This document shows, in pieces, positions 9,037 to 17,338 of a DNA stretch of 32,000 bases. The stretch is from Candidatus Saccharimonadota bacterium (GTDB taxonomy: Bacteria > Patescibacteriota > Saccharimonadia > Saccharimonadales > Saccharimonadaceae). Location: the NCBI GenBank assembly GCA_002421785.1, contig DIRZ01000003.1, positions 60,001-92,000 of the forward strand, written 5' to 3'. The notes under the pieces were generated by a model. The model saw nothing but the letters and a program-made list of their open reading frames with translations, ran no database searches and was not told the origin of the DNA. The position numbers and the translations under genes were made by a program. The first letter of the stretch is position 1. Every line of letters starts with the position of its first letter.

Positions 9037-9288
9037 TTACGCGCGGGAATCGAGTGCACCGCAGTTCATGCAGCCACCACCCCAGTTGGGGGTGTTTGCG
9101 CCACAGACGAAGCAATAGACGTTTGATGTCTCACCACCCCCAGCTGATAATGAAGATTCAATCAGTATTGCCTTGTTGGCTAACTGCGCTAATTGCGCGT
9201 CGGTGAGTATCGGGAGCTGTGGTGCTTTCTCTGGAATCACTTCATATTCCGGTGTGCACGCATGCTTGAATCGGCTACTTGTAGTCAT
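9037..9288 (-). CDS. small zinc-ribbon protein, hypothetical
   Basis: 83 aa with C-terminal CFVC-N11-CMNC (CxxC...CxxC). The ATG lies inside the last codons of secY (14-nt overlap). It occupies the slot where adk/map usually sit. Confidence 0.5.
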   Translation of the reverse strand: MTTSSRFKHACTPEYEVIPEKAPQLPILTDAQLAQLANKAILIESSLSAGGGETSNVYCFVCGANTPNWGGGCMNCGALDSRA

Positions 9289-10681
9289 CGTACGTCACCA
9301 TCAAAGCGCGTGAGTTGACTTGGCGAAGTGTTTCGAGGCCGACAGTCACAACGATGAGGAGACCAGTACCGCCAATACTCAAATTGGCTGCGTTAATACC
9401 GAGCTGTACGAAGACATAGTCAATAATGAACGGCATGACGGCAATTAGACCTAGCGCGATTGAACCGAACAAAATAAGGCGATTAACGGTGCGACTGAGG
9501 TATTTTTCGGTCTGAAGCCCGGGACGAACACCCTCGATGAATCCCCCTTGCTTTTGCAGATTTTCGGAAATCTCATTCGCGTTGAAAACGATACCGGTAT
9601 AGAAGTACGTGAACAGAATGACCAGTAGGAAGTAGGCGACTGGATAAATAGCCACGCCCCAATCGCCTGTGGCGAATGATGTTGCGGTTGGTGCCTGGAA
9701 CCATTTAACGAGGTTGTCGGCAATAGTACGATCGGCGTCAGGCATTGCTTTCATTACCTGTCCTACGAACGCGGGGAGGCTCAGGAACGCAACGGCAAAG
9801 ATGACGGGAATCACGCCGGCAGCGATAAGCTTAACAGGAAGAATGCTCTTGATGCCGCCGTAGCTGGTGTTGCCGCTCACGCGTTTCGCATAATTCACGG
9901 TGATAATACGCTGGGCTTCATTTATTTTTACGAGTATGTAAAGCATGGCAAGGCCAAGGAGACTCACTCCTAGCACTACCCAGAACGCTGTTGGGTTGAC
10001 TGGCAGGTTAAACCAACCAAATACGCTGAGGGTGCCCGCGCTTGTATCAACGAGCGATGTAATCATGCTGCCAAGCGTCGTTGGAAGCTGGCTAATGATA
10101 CCGGCGAAGATTACTAAACTTATTCCGTTTCCGATGCCCTGCTCGGTAATGAGCTCGCCAAGCCACATCAGTAACACGGAGCCTGCTGTCATGGCTGCAA
10201 CTGCGACAACCCATTCGACAGGGCTTGTGCTAACGGTACCGGCGGTGCTGCCTGCGAGTACGGATTGGCGAAGGATGTAGATAAACGCAATTGACTGGAT
10301 GACTGCAAGCGGCACGCTGACAATACGAGTCCACTGGTTAATTTTGCGACGTCCAGACTCACCGTCTTTATGAAGCTCTTCGAGCTTAGGAATCGCTTTT
10401 GTGAGGAGCTGGGTGATGATGCTCGCGGTAATAAAAGGACTCATGCCGACGAGTACGATTGAAAGTTGGCTGAGTGCTCCACCGCTCATTAGGTTGAGGA
10501 AGCCACCAAAGTCGCTGTTACTGACGACGTTATCAATGATTGACTTTAATTTAGTGGGCTCTGCGAGCGGCACCGGTATGTGTGCCATAAAACGAAAGGC
10601 CACGATGAGCCCAAAGACAATGCCCATGCGTTTTTGCATATCGCGGTTCTTAAGTGAACGAAGTACAGTTTTCCAGTTCAT
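9275..10681 (-). CDS. secY: preprotein translocase subunit SecY
   Basis: 468 aa, multi-TM, with a typical SecY N-terminus (LKNRDMQKRMGIVFGLIVAFRFMAHIPVP). It lies downstream of rplO. Confidence 0.95.
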   Translation of the reverse strand: MNWKTVLRSLKNRDMQKRMGIVFGLIVAFRFMAHIPVPLAEPTKLKSIIDNVVSNSDFGGFLNLMSGGALSQLSIVLVGMSPFITASIITQLLTKAIPKLEELHKDGESGRRKINQWTRIVSVPLAVIQSIAFIYILRQSVLAGSTAGTVSTSPVEWVVAVAAMTAGSVLLMWLGELITEQGIGNGISLVIFAGIISQLPTTLGSMITSLVDTSAGTLSVFGWFNLPVNPTAFWVVLGVSLLGLAMLYILVKINEAQRIITVNYAKRVSGNTSYGGIKSILPVKLIAAGVIPVIFAVAFLSLPAFVGQVMKAMPDADRTIADNLVKWFQAPTATSFATGDWGVAIYPVAYFLLVILFTYFYTGIVFNANEISENLQKQGGFIEGVRPGLQTEKYLSRTVNRLILFGSIALGLIAVMPFIIDYVFVQLGINAANLSIGGTGLLIVVTVGLETLRQVNSRALMVTYDDYK

Positions 10682-10725
10682 ATGTGTCGATTCTTCCCCA
10701 TTTACAGTCGCTTAAATTCTCATTT

Positions 10726-10734
10726 ATTATACCA
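10726..10734 (-). promoter_or_regulatory. extended -10 promoter element upstream of secY
   Basis: The minus strand reads TGGTATAAT (TGn + TATAAT), about 45 nt upstream of the secY ATG and downstream of the terminator at 10761-10808. I see no good -35. Confidence 0.45.
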
Positions 10735-10760
10735 CGTTGCCCTAGGAATTACTGTAACCT

Positions 10761-10808
10761 ACAAAATGAAATACCCCGCCTATCGCAGATTACTCTACGA
10801 TAGGCGGG
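10761..10808 (-). terminator. rho-independent terminator of the 78-aa gene
   Basis: An 11-bp stem, CCCGCCTATCG (10775-10785) with CGATAGGCGGG (10798-10808), and a 12-nt loop. On the minus strand it is followed by GTATTTCATTTTGT. Confidence 0.7.
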
Positions 10809-10830
10809 TGGTGAATGGGGTGACCCGGGA

Positions 10831-11067
10831 CTACGATTGTAGCCGAGTGGCGTATTGGCGCCCGTTGATTCCAATCTCGATGACAAGGTCATCGGTGACG
10901 AGCACAGTGCGAACATGGCCCATGGCACGCTCGGGGGTTGGAAGTCCATCGGGAAGCTGCGGGTCGACACTGTATGTCTTCCAGTTCCAGCCGATCCGAA
11001 CAGCGACCGTGGTGTCGCTGAGTACGCGGGTTACCGCAGAGGTGCATCGCGACGAAGTGGTATTCAT
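10831..11067 (-). CDS. hypothetical 78-aa protein in a GC-rich islet between rplO and secY
   Basis: SD GAAAGAAGG upstream of the ATG. My hand count of GC3 is 51/78 codons in this frame. It has its own terminator. I recognise no family. Confidence 0.55.
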   Translation of the reverse strand: MNTTSSRCTSAVTRVLSDTTVAVRIGWNWKTYSVDPQLPDGLPTPERAMGHVRTVLVTDDLVIEIGINGRQYATRLQS

Positions 11068-11092
11068 GACTACCTTCTTTCAGAGCGGATAC

Positions 11093-11126
11093 TTTATATT
11101 ACAACACAAACATAAAACATATTCAA
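11093..11126 (-). promoter_or_regulatory. AT-rich putative promoter for the 78-aa gene
   Basis: On the minus strand: TTGAAT (11121-11126), then TAATAT (11096-11101) after a 19-nt spacer. The spacing is suboptimal. Confidence 0.3.
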
Positions 11127-11133
11127 TACATAC

Positions 11134-11164
11134 AAAAACCCCGGTTATGTAAACCGGGGTTTTA
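11134..11164 (-). terminator. rho-independent terminator after rplO, breaking the spc operon
   Basis: A 10-bp stem, AACCCCGGTT (11137-11146) with AACCGGGGTT (11152-11161), and a 5-nt loop. A-run and T-run flanks are present. It lies 19 nt after the rplO stop. Confidence 0.8.
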
Positions 11165-11182
11165 CGGAACGAGTAGTGAGAA

Positions 11183-11671
11183 CTATTTCGTTACTTTGTC
11201 AGCTGCTTCTGCTTCTTTTGCGCCCTTAGGGAGCGGAGTTGCAGTTTTTTCGAAAGCTCCACCAGCTTTGGTGATAGCATCGACAACACTTTTTGAGGCA
11301 CCCTGAGTTTTGAGTGTCAGTTTTGCTGACAGCTCGCCACGGAGGATGACCTTAACGGTGTGGAACGGAGTCGCGATAAGCCCTGCTTCGTAAAGCTTGA
11401 AGTTATCAACAGTTCCCTTTAGGTCGTTAAGTCGGTCAAGATAGACAACTTGAGCAGGGGTGCGAAGGCTTTTAAATCCTCGGCTCTTTGGTACGGCACT
11501 TTGGATGCCGTTTTGACCACCCTGGAACATGCTGCGGAGTTTCTTGCCGGTACGAGAATTCTGACCCTTTGTACCACGTCCAGCAGTTTTACCGCCGCCA
11601 GCGCTGATACCGCGTCCAACTCGCTTGCGCGATTTGTTTGCCTCAACTTGGAGTTCGTTATACTTAGTCAT
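11183..11671 (-). CDS. rplO: 50S ribosomal protein L15
   Basis: 162 aa with RVGRGISAGGGKTAGRGTKGQNSR. The start overlaps the rpsE stop as TAATG. Confidence 0.95.
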   Translation of the reverse strand: MTKYNELQVEANKSRKRVGRGISAGGGKTAGRGTKGQNSRTGKKLRSMFQGGQNGIQSAVPKSRGFKSLRTPAQVVYLDRLNDLKGTVDNFKLYEAGLIATPFHTVKVILRGELSAKLTLKTQGASKSVVDAITKAGGAFEKTATPLPKGAKEAEAADKVTK

Positions 11672-12360
11672 TACTTGGTCTCCTTCTTCACTACAGGCTT
11701 TTTAGCTGGAGCTTTTTTAGCAGGAGCTTCGACAGCAACGTCTTCCGACTTGACTGCTTTCTTAGCGGCAGGCTTTTTGTCGCCTTTACCGCTGTTAGCG
11801 AGCCACTGGTCGCGTGCAACCAAGTTACCAAGCGCTTCAACAGTTGCGTAAGCGATGTTTACCTTGTTTGTACTACCAAGACTTTTGCTAATGAGGTTGC
11901 GGATGCCTGTTACGTTGACGACCGAGCGAACCACGCCACCAGCAATAATACCGGTACCAGGAGCCGCGGGTTTAATGAGAACGCGTGCACCTGAGAGTTT
12001 TACTTCGATTTCGTGAGGAATCGTGTCGTTAGCGACAGGAATCGTAACGAGGTGCTTCTTTGCAACATCAGTTGCTTTTGCGATAGCAGTTTGGACGTCA
12101 GCGCCCTTAGCTACACCAACGCCTACTTTGTTCTTGCGGTTACCCACAACAACCAGTGCTTTGAATCGGAAGCGACGGCCACCCTTGACAACACGTGCCA
12201 CGCGGTCGATGTTGATTACCACTTCTTCAAATTCTTTTGGTGCCTCTGGGGCAGCATTTCGTCGGTCATCGCGACGACCACCGCGTCCACCAGCTGGGCG
12301 ACCACCTTGGTGGCTGCTTGCGGCAGGACGAGGGGTAGTATTTGCAGCTTGTTCTGCCAT
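11671..12360 (-). CDS. rpsE: 30S ribosomal protein S5 with N- and C-terminal low-complexity extensions
   Basis: 229 aa. The uS5 core is VINIDRVARVVKGGRRFRFKALVVVGN. The N-terminus is RG-rich and the C-terminus is KA-rich. Confidence 0.95.
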   Translation of the reverse strand: MAEQAANTTPRPAASSHQGGRPAGGRGGRRDDRRNAAPEAPKEFEEVVINIDRVARVVKGGRRFRFKALVVVGNRKNKVGVGVAKGADVQTAIAKATDVAKKHLVTIPVANDTIPHEIEVKLSGARVLIKPAAPGTGIIAGGVVRSVVNVTGIRNLISKSLGSTNKVNIAYATVEALGNLVARDQWLANSGKGDKKPAAKKAVKSEDVAVEAPAKKAPAKKPVVKKETK

Positions 12361-12361
12361 A

Positions 12362-12718
12362 CTAGAACTCCAATCCTTCTTTACGTGCTGCGTCAGCGAG
12401 CGCCTTTAGGCGACCAGCGTACTGGCGACCATTGCGATCGAAGACAACAGCGGTTACTTTTGCTTTCTTAGCTTTTTTTGCAATATCAGCACCGACGACA
12501 GCGGCCTTTTCGGTCATTGTACCAGTGGCTTTGGTGCCAACAGTTGTGGCGGCAACAATGGTGTGTTGCTTGACGTCATCGATAACCTGCGCACTGATGT
12601 GTGTGTTGCTAATCGTGACAGTCAGGCGAGGACGCTCTGCAGTGCCGGTAACTTTGCTGCGAACACGTGCTTTACGCAAGCTTTTGTTAAGAAGCTTTTT
12701 AGCGAGTGTGTGAGCCAT
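12362..12718 (-). CDS. rplR: 50S ribosomal protein L18
   Basis: 118 aa with ...VFDRNGRQYAGRLKALADAARKEGLEF. Confidence 0.95.
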   Translation of the reverse strand: MAHTLAKKLLNKSLRKARVRSKVTGTAERPRLTVTISNTHISAQVIDDVKQHTIVAATTVGTKATGTMTEKAAVVGADIAKKAKKAKVTAVVFDRNGRQYAGRLKALADAARKEGLEF

Positions 12719-13254
12719 TATTTTTTCCCTGCCTTTCCTGCTTTACGCAAAATCTGTTCGCCTTGGTAGGCGATACCCTTGCCCTTGTACGGCTCCGGTT
12801 TCTTAATCGCGCGGATTTCAGCCGCAACCTGACCCACCTGCTGCTTGTCGATACCAGCGACGATGATTACCATCTTGTCGTTAGTGAGTGTGATGCCAGC
12901 TGGTGCTTTGTACTTCACGGGATGGCTAAAACCGAGGCTCATGTCGAGCTCGTTGTTAGCCGTTGCAACACGGAAGCCAACGCCTTTTACTTCAAGGCGT
13001 TTCTCAAAGCCCTTCGTGACGCCATCCACGGCGTTGTTCAGGAGTGCGCGTTGTAGGCCATGTTGTGCCTTGGCGATTCGTTCGTCATCCTTGCGGGTAA
13101 CAATGATATTGCCATCTTCTTGGCTGACAGTAACGTCGCTCAGATGTGGCACAATCAGTTCGCCCTTGGCGCCTTTGACGGTGATGGCATCTGAGTCGAC
13201 CGTGATTGTCACGCCCGATGGAATGCTAATTGGTAGTTTTCCGATTCGACTCAT
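12718..13254 (-). CDS. rplF: 50S ribosomal protein L6
   Basis: 178 aa starting MSRIGKLPISIPSGVTITV. Confidence 0.95.
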   Translation of the reverse strand: MSRIGKLPISIPSGVTITVDSDAITVKGAKGELIVPHLSDVTVSQEDGNIIVTRKDDERIAKAQHGLQRALLNNAVDGVTKGFEKRLEVKGVGFRVATANNELDMSLGFSHPVKYKAPAGITLTNDKMVIIVAGIDKQQVGQVAAEIRAIKKPEPYKGKGIAYQGEQILRKAGKAGKK

Positions 13255-13255
13255 T

Positions 13256-13378
13256 TTATTTACCTTTCTTATTTATAGTTCTAGCGATTACTGTCAGTAA
13301 CATAACGAGTGACCATCGTAGCGCAAAGCCTAATGCACCCAATGCGACTATCGTTATAATTACTGCCCAAAACTCCAT
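13256..13378 (-). CDS. 40-aa hydrophobic mini-protein between rpsH and rplF
   Basis: My codon-by-codon translation gives MEFWAVIITIVALGALGFALRWSLVMLLTVIARTINKKGK. The ATG lies 1 nt after the rpsH stop, and its TAA lies 1 nt before the rplF ATG. It is too short for the ORF track. Confidence 0.55.
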   Translation of the reverse strand: MEFWAVIITIVALGALGFALRWSLVMLLTVIARTINKKGK

Positions 13379-13379
13379 A

Positions 13380-13781
13380 CTAGTAAACCTTAAGGAGTAG
13401 CTCACCGCCAAGTTTGTGCTTGACTGCTTCGCCACCAGTCATCACACCCTTGCTCGTGCTGACGAGCACGATGCCACGACCAGATTTGACTTTAGGAATG
13501 TCGGCTGCTGCAACGTAGACACGGCGACCAGGCTTGCTGATACGGGTAATCTCGTTGATGACGGTGTTCTCGCCAGGCTTGTTGATGGTCACAACCAGCG
13601 TACCGCGTGGTTTACCATCTTCAAGGGCGACTGCTTCAAGGTATTTGTTCTTTACTAGTTGTTCTGCAACAACTTTTTTGAGCTTGCTCGTTGGCACGCG
13701 TACTTCATGTTTGCCGACCATAGCGGCATTACGAATGCGGGTCAGGAGGTCAGCGATTGGATCTGTAGATTGTAGACTCAT
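13380..13781 (-). CDS. rpsH: 30S ribosomal protein S8
   Basis: 133 aa with DPIADLLTRIRNA. Confidence 0.95.
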   Translation of the reverse strand: MSLQSTDPIADLLTRIRNAAMVGKHEVRVPTSKLKKVVAEQLVKNKYLEAVALEDGKPRGTLVVTINKPGENTVINEITRISKPGRRVYVAAADIPKVKSGRGIVLVSTSKGVMTGGEAVKHKLGGELLLKVY

Positions 13782-13796
13782 AGTGTTTCCTCCTTC

Positions 13797-14066
13797 TTAC
13801 CAGCTACTCTTAGTGATGCCAGGGATTTCACCCTTGACAGCTTTTTCTCGAAAATTGATACGGCTCAGGCCGAAGCGTCGCATGTAGGCGCGTGGTCGTC
13901 CACTCAGGACGTCACGGTTTTTCCAGCGACTTGGGCTACTGTTTTTAGGCAGTTTCTGTAGACCTTCGAGGTCGCCCATCTCTTTTAGCTCAGCGCGCTT
14001 TGCAGCGAACTTCAGAATCATCCTCTGACGCTTTGCATCTTTGGCAATCATAGACTTCTTTGCCAT
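13797..14066 (-). CDS. rpsN: 30S ribosomal protein S14 (long, Cys-free form)
   Basis: 89 aa from the internal ATG at 14066 ([14 protein letters not shown]...PGITKSSW), which lies 1 nt after the rplE stop. The ORF-track start at 14120 would overlap rplE. Confidence 0.9.
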   Translation of the reverse strand: MAKKSMIAKDAKRQRMILKFAAKRAELKEMGDLEGLQKLPKNSSPSRWKNRDVLSGRPRAYMRRFGLSRINFREKAVKGEIPGITKSSW

Positions 14067-14067
14067 A

Positions 14068-14649
14068 TTAGCGACCCCCTTCTTTCTCAAATGGTAGACC
14101 AAACTTTTCAAGTAGTGCACGGCTCTTCACTTTGTCGCCTTCCTTGATGGCGAAGGTGATTTGCATGCCGTGAACGAGTTGAGTCTCTTCAAACGATAAT
14201 TCTGGGAAGATGCTTTGGTCGGTGATGCCGAGGTTGTAGTTGCCGCCACGATCGAACTTGGTGCCGATGCCATGGAAGTCACGTACGCGTGGCAAGGTAA
14301 CGTTAGCAAGTCGGTCGAGGAATTCGTACATACGAGCGCCACGAAGGGTGACGTTGATACCCACGCGGTTCATACCGGCGCGGATTTTGAATCCAGCGAT
14401 AGACTTTTTCGCCATTCGGTCAACGGGCGCCTGGCCAGTGACTTTGGTAAGCGTATTCTTGACAGCTTCGTAGTGACGCTTATCGTCTTTATTTTTACCG
14501 ATACCGACACTGACCACGATTTTCTCGAGTTTTGGCACTTGGTGCACGTTCTCGAGGCCGAGTTCGGTCTGAAGTTCCTTGACATACTGAGTAGTATACA
14601 AGGCTTTCAAACGAGGAGCGGTAGCAGTAGTAGTTTTTGGTTTAACCAT
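14068..14649 (-). CDS. rplE: 50S ribosomal protein L5
   Basis: 193 aa with [16 protein letters not shown] and KIVVSVGIG. Confidence 0.95.
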   Translation of the reverse strand: MVKPKTTTATAPRLKALYTTQYVKELQTELGLENVHQVPKLEKIVVSVGIGKNKDDKRHYEAVKNTLTKVTGQAPVDRMAKKSIAGFKIRAGMNRVGINVTLRGARMYEFLDRLANVTLPRVRDFHGIGTKFDRGGNYNLGITDQSIFPELSFEETQLVHGMQITFAIKEGDKVKSRALLEKFGLPFEKEGGR

Positions 14650-14963
14650 TACTTAATCTCCTTATCTTTTAGTTGTCGCGCAACACGTGATTTGACACCG
14701 CTGACAACTTTGTAGCCGACACGACTCGTTTTGGTTGCTTTTTCATCAACAACAAGAGCGAGTTTGTGTAACGGTGTTGCGACATGGATGTCTTTTTTGC
14801 CACCACGTGGGTTGAGCTGGCTTGGTTTAACATGGCGGCGGCCAAGGCCGACGCCTTCTACCAATGCACCCTCAGAGGTAACACTCAGGACTTTACCTGT
14901 TGTTCCTTTGTTGGCGCCACTGATAATCTTTACAAGGTCATCTTTGCGGATACGCTGTGCCAT
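14649..14963 (-). CDS. rplX: 50S ribosomal protein L24
   Basis: 104 aa with the KOW motif IRKDDLVKIISGANKGTTGKV. Confidence 0.95.
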   Translation of the reverse strand: MAQRIRKDDLVKIISGANKGTTGKVLSVTSEGALVEGVGLGRRHVKPSQLNPRGGKKDIHVATPLHKLALVVDEKATKTSRVGYKVVSGVKSRVARQLKDKEIK

Positions 14964-14964
14964 A

Positions 14965-15333
14965 CTAGAGTACCTCCGGTGCTAGGCTGATAATTTTCGC
15001 ATAGCCCAAATCGCGTAGTTCGCGTGGCACGGGGCCAAATACGCGAGTAGCCTTTGGCGTTTTGTCATCGTTAATGATGACTGCAGCATTGTCGTCAAAG
15101 CTGATGGTGCTGCCGTCTTTGCGGCGGATTTGGTCGCGGGTGCGAACAACAACTGCCTTAACAACGGACTTCTTTTTGACGTTACCTGTAGGGTTAGCGT
15201 CTTTCACGGTAGCGACAATGATGTCACCTACGCGGGCATAACGACGCCTGGTGCCACCCAGTACACGGATGCACAGGATTTCCTTTGCACCGCTGTTGTC
15301 GCATACCTTTAGACGTGATTCTTGCTGGATCAT
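14965..15333 (-). CDS. rplN: 50S ribosomal protein L14
   Basis: 122 aa from the ATG at 15333 ([17 protein letters not shown]), 1 nt after the rpsQ stop. The longer ORF-track start overlaps rpsQ. Confidence 0.95.
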   Translation of the reverse strand: MIQQESRLKVCDNSGAKEILCIRVLGGTRRRYARVGDIIVATVKDANPTGNVKKKSVVKAVVVRTRDQIRRKDGSTISFDDNAAVIINDDKTPKATRVFGPVPRELRDLGYAKIISLAPEVL

Positions 15334-15334
15334 G

Positions 15335-15619
15335 TTACTTCTCCACCTCTTCAACGTCGTTCTTTACTTCAATCGAACCCTTAGATTTCTCAACGATTTC
15401 CTGAAGTTTGAATGCTTTGCGCTTACTAATCGGACGTGTTTCCACAATCACGACTTTGTCGCCTTTGCCGGCTTCGTTGTTCTCGTCGTGAGCCGCGTAC
15501 TTACGGCTAACAGTGTACTGCTTGCCATAAATAGGATGAGTCTCACGGCTAGTAACGGTGACGGTAATAGTTTTGTCACTAGCGTTGCTGGTAACAATAC
15601 CGGTCAATGTCTTGGCCAT
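15335..15619 (-). CDS. rpsQ: 30S ribosomal protein S17
   Basis: 94 aa with [18 protein letters not shown] and the expected operon position. Confidence 0.95.
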   Translation of the reverse strand: MAKTLTGIVTSNASDKTITVTVTSRETHPIYGKQYTVSRKYAAHDENNEAGKGDKVVIVETRPISKRKAFKLQEIVEKSKGSIEVKNDVEEVEK

Positions 15620-15620
15620 A

Positions 15621-15863
15621 TTAGTTGCTCTCCTTTTTAGCGGCCAACTCAGCAGCCTTGATAGCTGTGTGAAGACGCGCGATTTCTTTTCGGGATGTAC
15701 CGAGAACCCGTGGGTTCACGAGCTCGCCAGCACGGTGGGAGCGTTTGCTCTCCAACAGGTCGGCTTGCTTGCTTGCAAGATCGTTCTGCATGTCTGCAAT
15801 TGACTTAACTTCAGTTGCGTTCTTTGCAGCGGGCTTTTTGGTTGTTTGCTTAGCTTCAGCCAT
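15621..15863 (-). CDS. rpmC: 50S ribosomal protein L29
   Basis: 80 aa in the expected position between rplP and rpsQ. It has an N-terminal Lys/Ala-rich extension. Confidence 0.9.
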   Translation of the reverse strand: MAEAKQTTKKPAAKNATEVKSIADMQNDLASKQADLLESKRSHRAGELVNPRVLGTSRKEIARLHTAIKAAELAAKKESN

Positions 15864-15864
15864 A

Positions 15865-16278
15865 TTATGCCTCCTCTCGCTTTACAAAACGGGTCTTTAC
15901 AGGAAGTTTGTGCCCTGCGAGGCGCATTGCCTCGCGTGCAGTTTCTTCTGTAACACCTTTCATTTCAAATAGGACGGTTCCAGACTTTACCTTCGCGACG
16001 AAGAATTCTGGGTTTCCTTTACCACCGCCCATCTTGAGACCCAGCGGTTTGCGGGTAACAGGGGTGTGCGGGAAGATGCGAATCCAGATTTTACCACCAC
16101 GCTTAATGTAGCGGGTCATTGCCTGGCGGGCGCTTTCGATTTGGCGGCTGGTAATGCGCTCGTTATCGAGGCTTTGCAGACCGTAATCGCCGAAGGCGAC
16201 GTAGTGACCGCGAGTAGCGTTGCCCTCGTTTTTGCCAATACGAACCTTACGGAATTTAGTTTTCTTAGGAAGCAGCAT
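15865..16278 (-). CDS. rplP: 50S ribosomal protein L16
   Basis: 137 aa starting [19 protein letters not shown], with [26 protein letters not shown]. Confidence 0.95.
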   Translation of the reverse strand: MLLPKKTKFRKVRIGKNEGNATRGHYVAFGDYGLQSLDNERITSRQIESARQAMTRYIKRGGKIWIRIFPHTPVTRKPLGLKMGGGKGNPEFFVAKVKSGTVLFEMKGVTEETAREAMRLAGHKLPVKTRFVKREEA

Positions 16279-16916
16279 TATTTATCGCTCCTTTCGCCCT
16301 TGTAGATCCAAACCTTCACACCGACGATACCAACGCCTGGGCAGTTAGCACGTGCTGAGTGGAAGTCGATATCTGCGCGCAGAGTATGGAGAGGCACTGA
16401 GCCTTCAATAATCTTTTCGCGGCGGGCCATTTCAGCGTTGTTCAAACGACCAGCAACCTGGATACGGATACCTTTGGCACCGGCGTTCATAGTGTTTTGA
16501 GCAGCCATTTTGGTTGCGCGGCGGAAATTCGCACGGCGCTCAAGCTGGCGGGCAATGTTTTCAGCAACAAGCTTCGCAGCGAGCTCTGGACGCTTCACTT
16601 CTTCGACGTTGATACGTACAGGAAGGCTAGCAATCTTTTCAACATCTTTTTTGAGCTCGGTGATACCTGCACCACCACGCCCGATCACTACACCAGCTTT
16701 GGCAGTGTGAATGGTAAGAGTGATAAGGTTTGCGCTGCGCTCAATTTCAACTTTGTTAATTGTTGGACGGCTTTCAAATCGCTTCTCAACGAGATCACGA
16801 ATCCGGATATCTTCGGCAAGCCACTTAGCAAAATCTTTTTTGCCAGCGAACCAGCGTGAGCTCCAGTTCTTGTGAACCTGTAGGCGGAAGCTAATTGGGT
16901 TAACTTTTTGTCCCAT
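16278..16916 (-). CDS. rpsC: 30S ribosomal protein S3
   Basis: 212 aa starting [12 protein letters not shown], with the KH domain [11 protein letters not shown]. Confidence 0.95.
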   Translation of the reverse strand: MGQKVNPISFRLQVHKNWSSRWFAGKKDFAKWLAEDIRIRDLVEKRFESRPTINKVEIERSANLITLTIHTAKAGVVIGRGGAGITELKKDVEKIASLPVRINVEEVKRPELAAKLVAENIARQLERRANFRRATKMAAQNTMNAGAKGIRIQVAGRLNNAEMARREKIIEGSVPLHTLRADIDFHSARANCPGVGIVGVKVWIYKGERSDK

Positions 16917-17338
16917 TACTTCTTCTCCTCTTCAGCTGGCTGCTCGGTTGGCGTGACCGCCTTCTTTTCAGCTGGCTTCTTACGGATTTTTTCGGCACCA
17001 CTTACTTCGACTAGAATGTGGCTTGTTTTCTTCTTGAAAGGTAGCGCACGTCCGCGGCTTGCAGGTTTGAATCGCTTTAGGCGAGGACCAGCAGTGACGC
17101 TGAGTGTGCTAATTTGCAAAGTTTTACCGTCAAGACCATGATTGTTGGTCGCGTTTGCTGCCGCGCTGGCGATAGCTTTTTTGACGATAAGCGCACTGCG
17201 CTTTGGAGTGTGGTCAAGGATGACAAGAGCATCGGCGACTGAACGGCCACGAACAAGGCTGGCAACAAGTGCAACTTTGCGTGGTGCTTGGTCAACGCCT
17301 TTCGCGTAGGCTCGTACTGTGTAAATTTCTTCAGCCAT
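16916..17338 (-). CDS. rplV: 50S ribosomal protein L22
   Basis: 140 aa with APRKVALVASLVRGRSVADAL and a charged C-terminal tail. Confidence 0.95.
   Translation of the reverse strand: MAEEIYTVRAYAKGVDQAPRKVALVASLVRGRSVADALVILDHTPKRSALIVKKAIASAAANATNNHGLDGKTLQISTLSVTAGPRLKRFKPASRGRALPFKKKTSHILVEVSGAEKIRKKPAEKKAVTPTEQPAEEEKK

Noticed and set aside
9037-9288. Reading the 83-aa ORF as a RiPP/bacteriocin precursor (GGG after a leader-like helix, Cys/Ser/Thr-rich C-terminus)
   Set aside because: The four Cys form a regular CxxC-N11-CxxC zinc-ribbon pattern. No modification enzyme, peptidase-containing transporter or immunity gene is nearby. I kept it only as a zinc-ribbon hypothesis.
10855-11115. 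86-aa plus-strand ORF opposite the 78-aa gene
   Set aside because: It has no SD, and it runs towards the AT-rich promoter-like region and the rplO terminator. The minus-strand frame has an SD, a terminator and higher GC3.
13797-14120. N-terminally extended versions of rpsN (107 aa), rplN (14965-15354), rplW (18446-18790), Nudix (to 26453), methyltransferase (to 27102) and GHMP (to 28243)
   Set aside because: The extensions overlap the upstream gene substantially and add non-conserved residues. In each case except the Nudix gene, an internal ATG abuts or slightly overlaps the upstream stop and has an SD at the proper distance; the Nudix ATG at 26384 lies 22 nt after the upstream stop and merely avoids the overlap.
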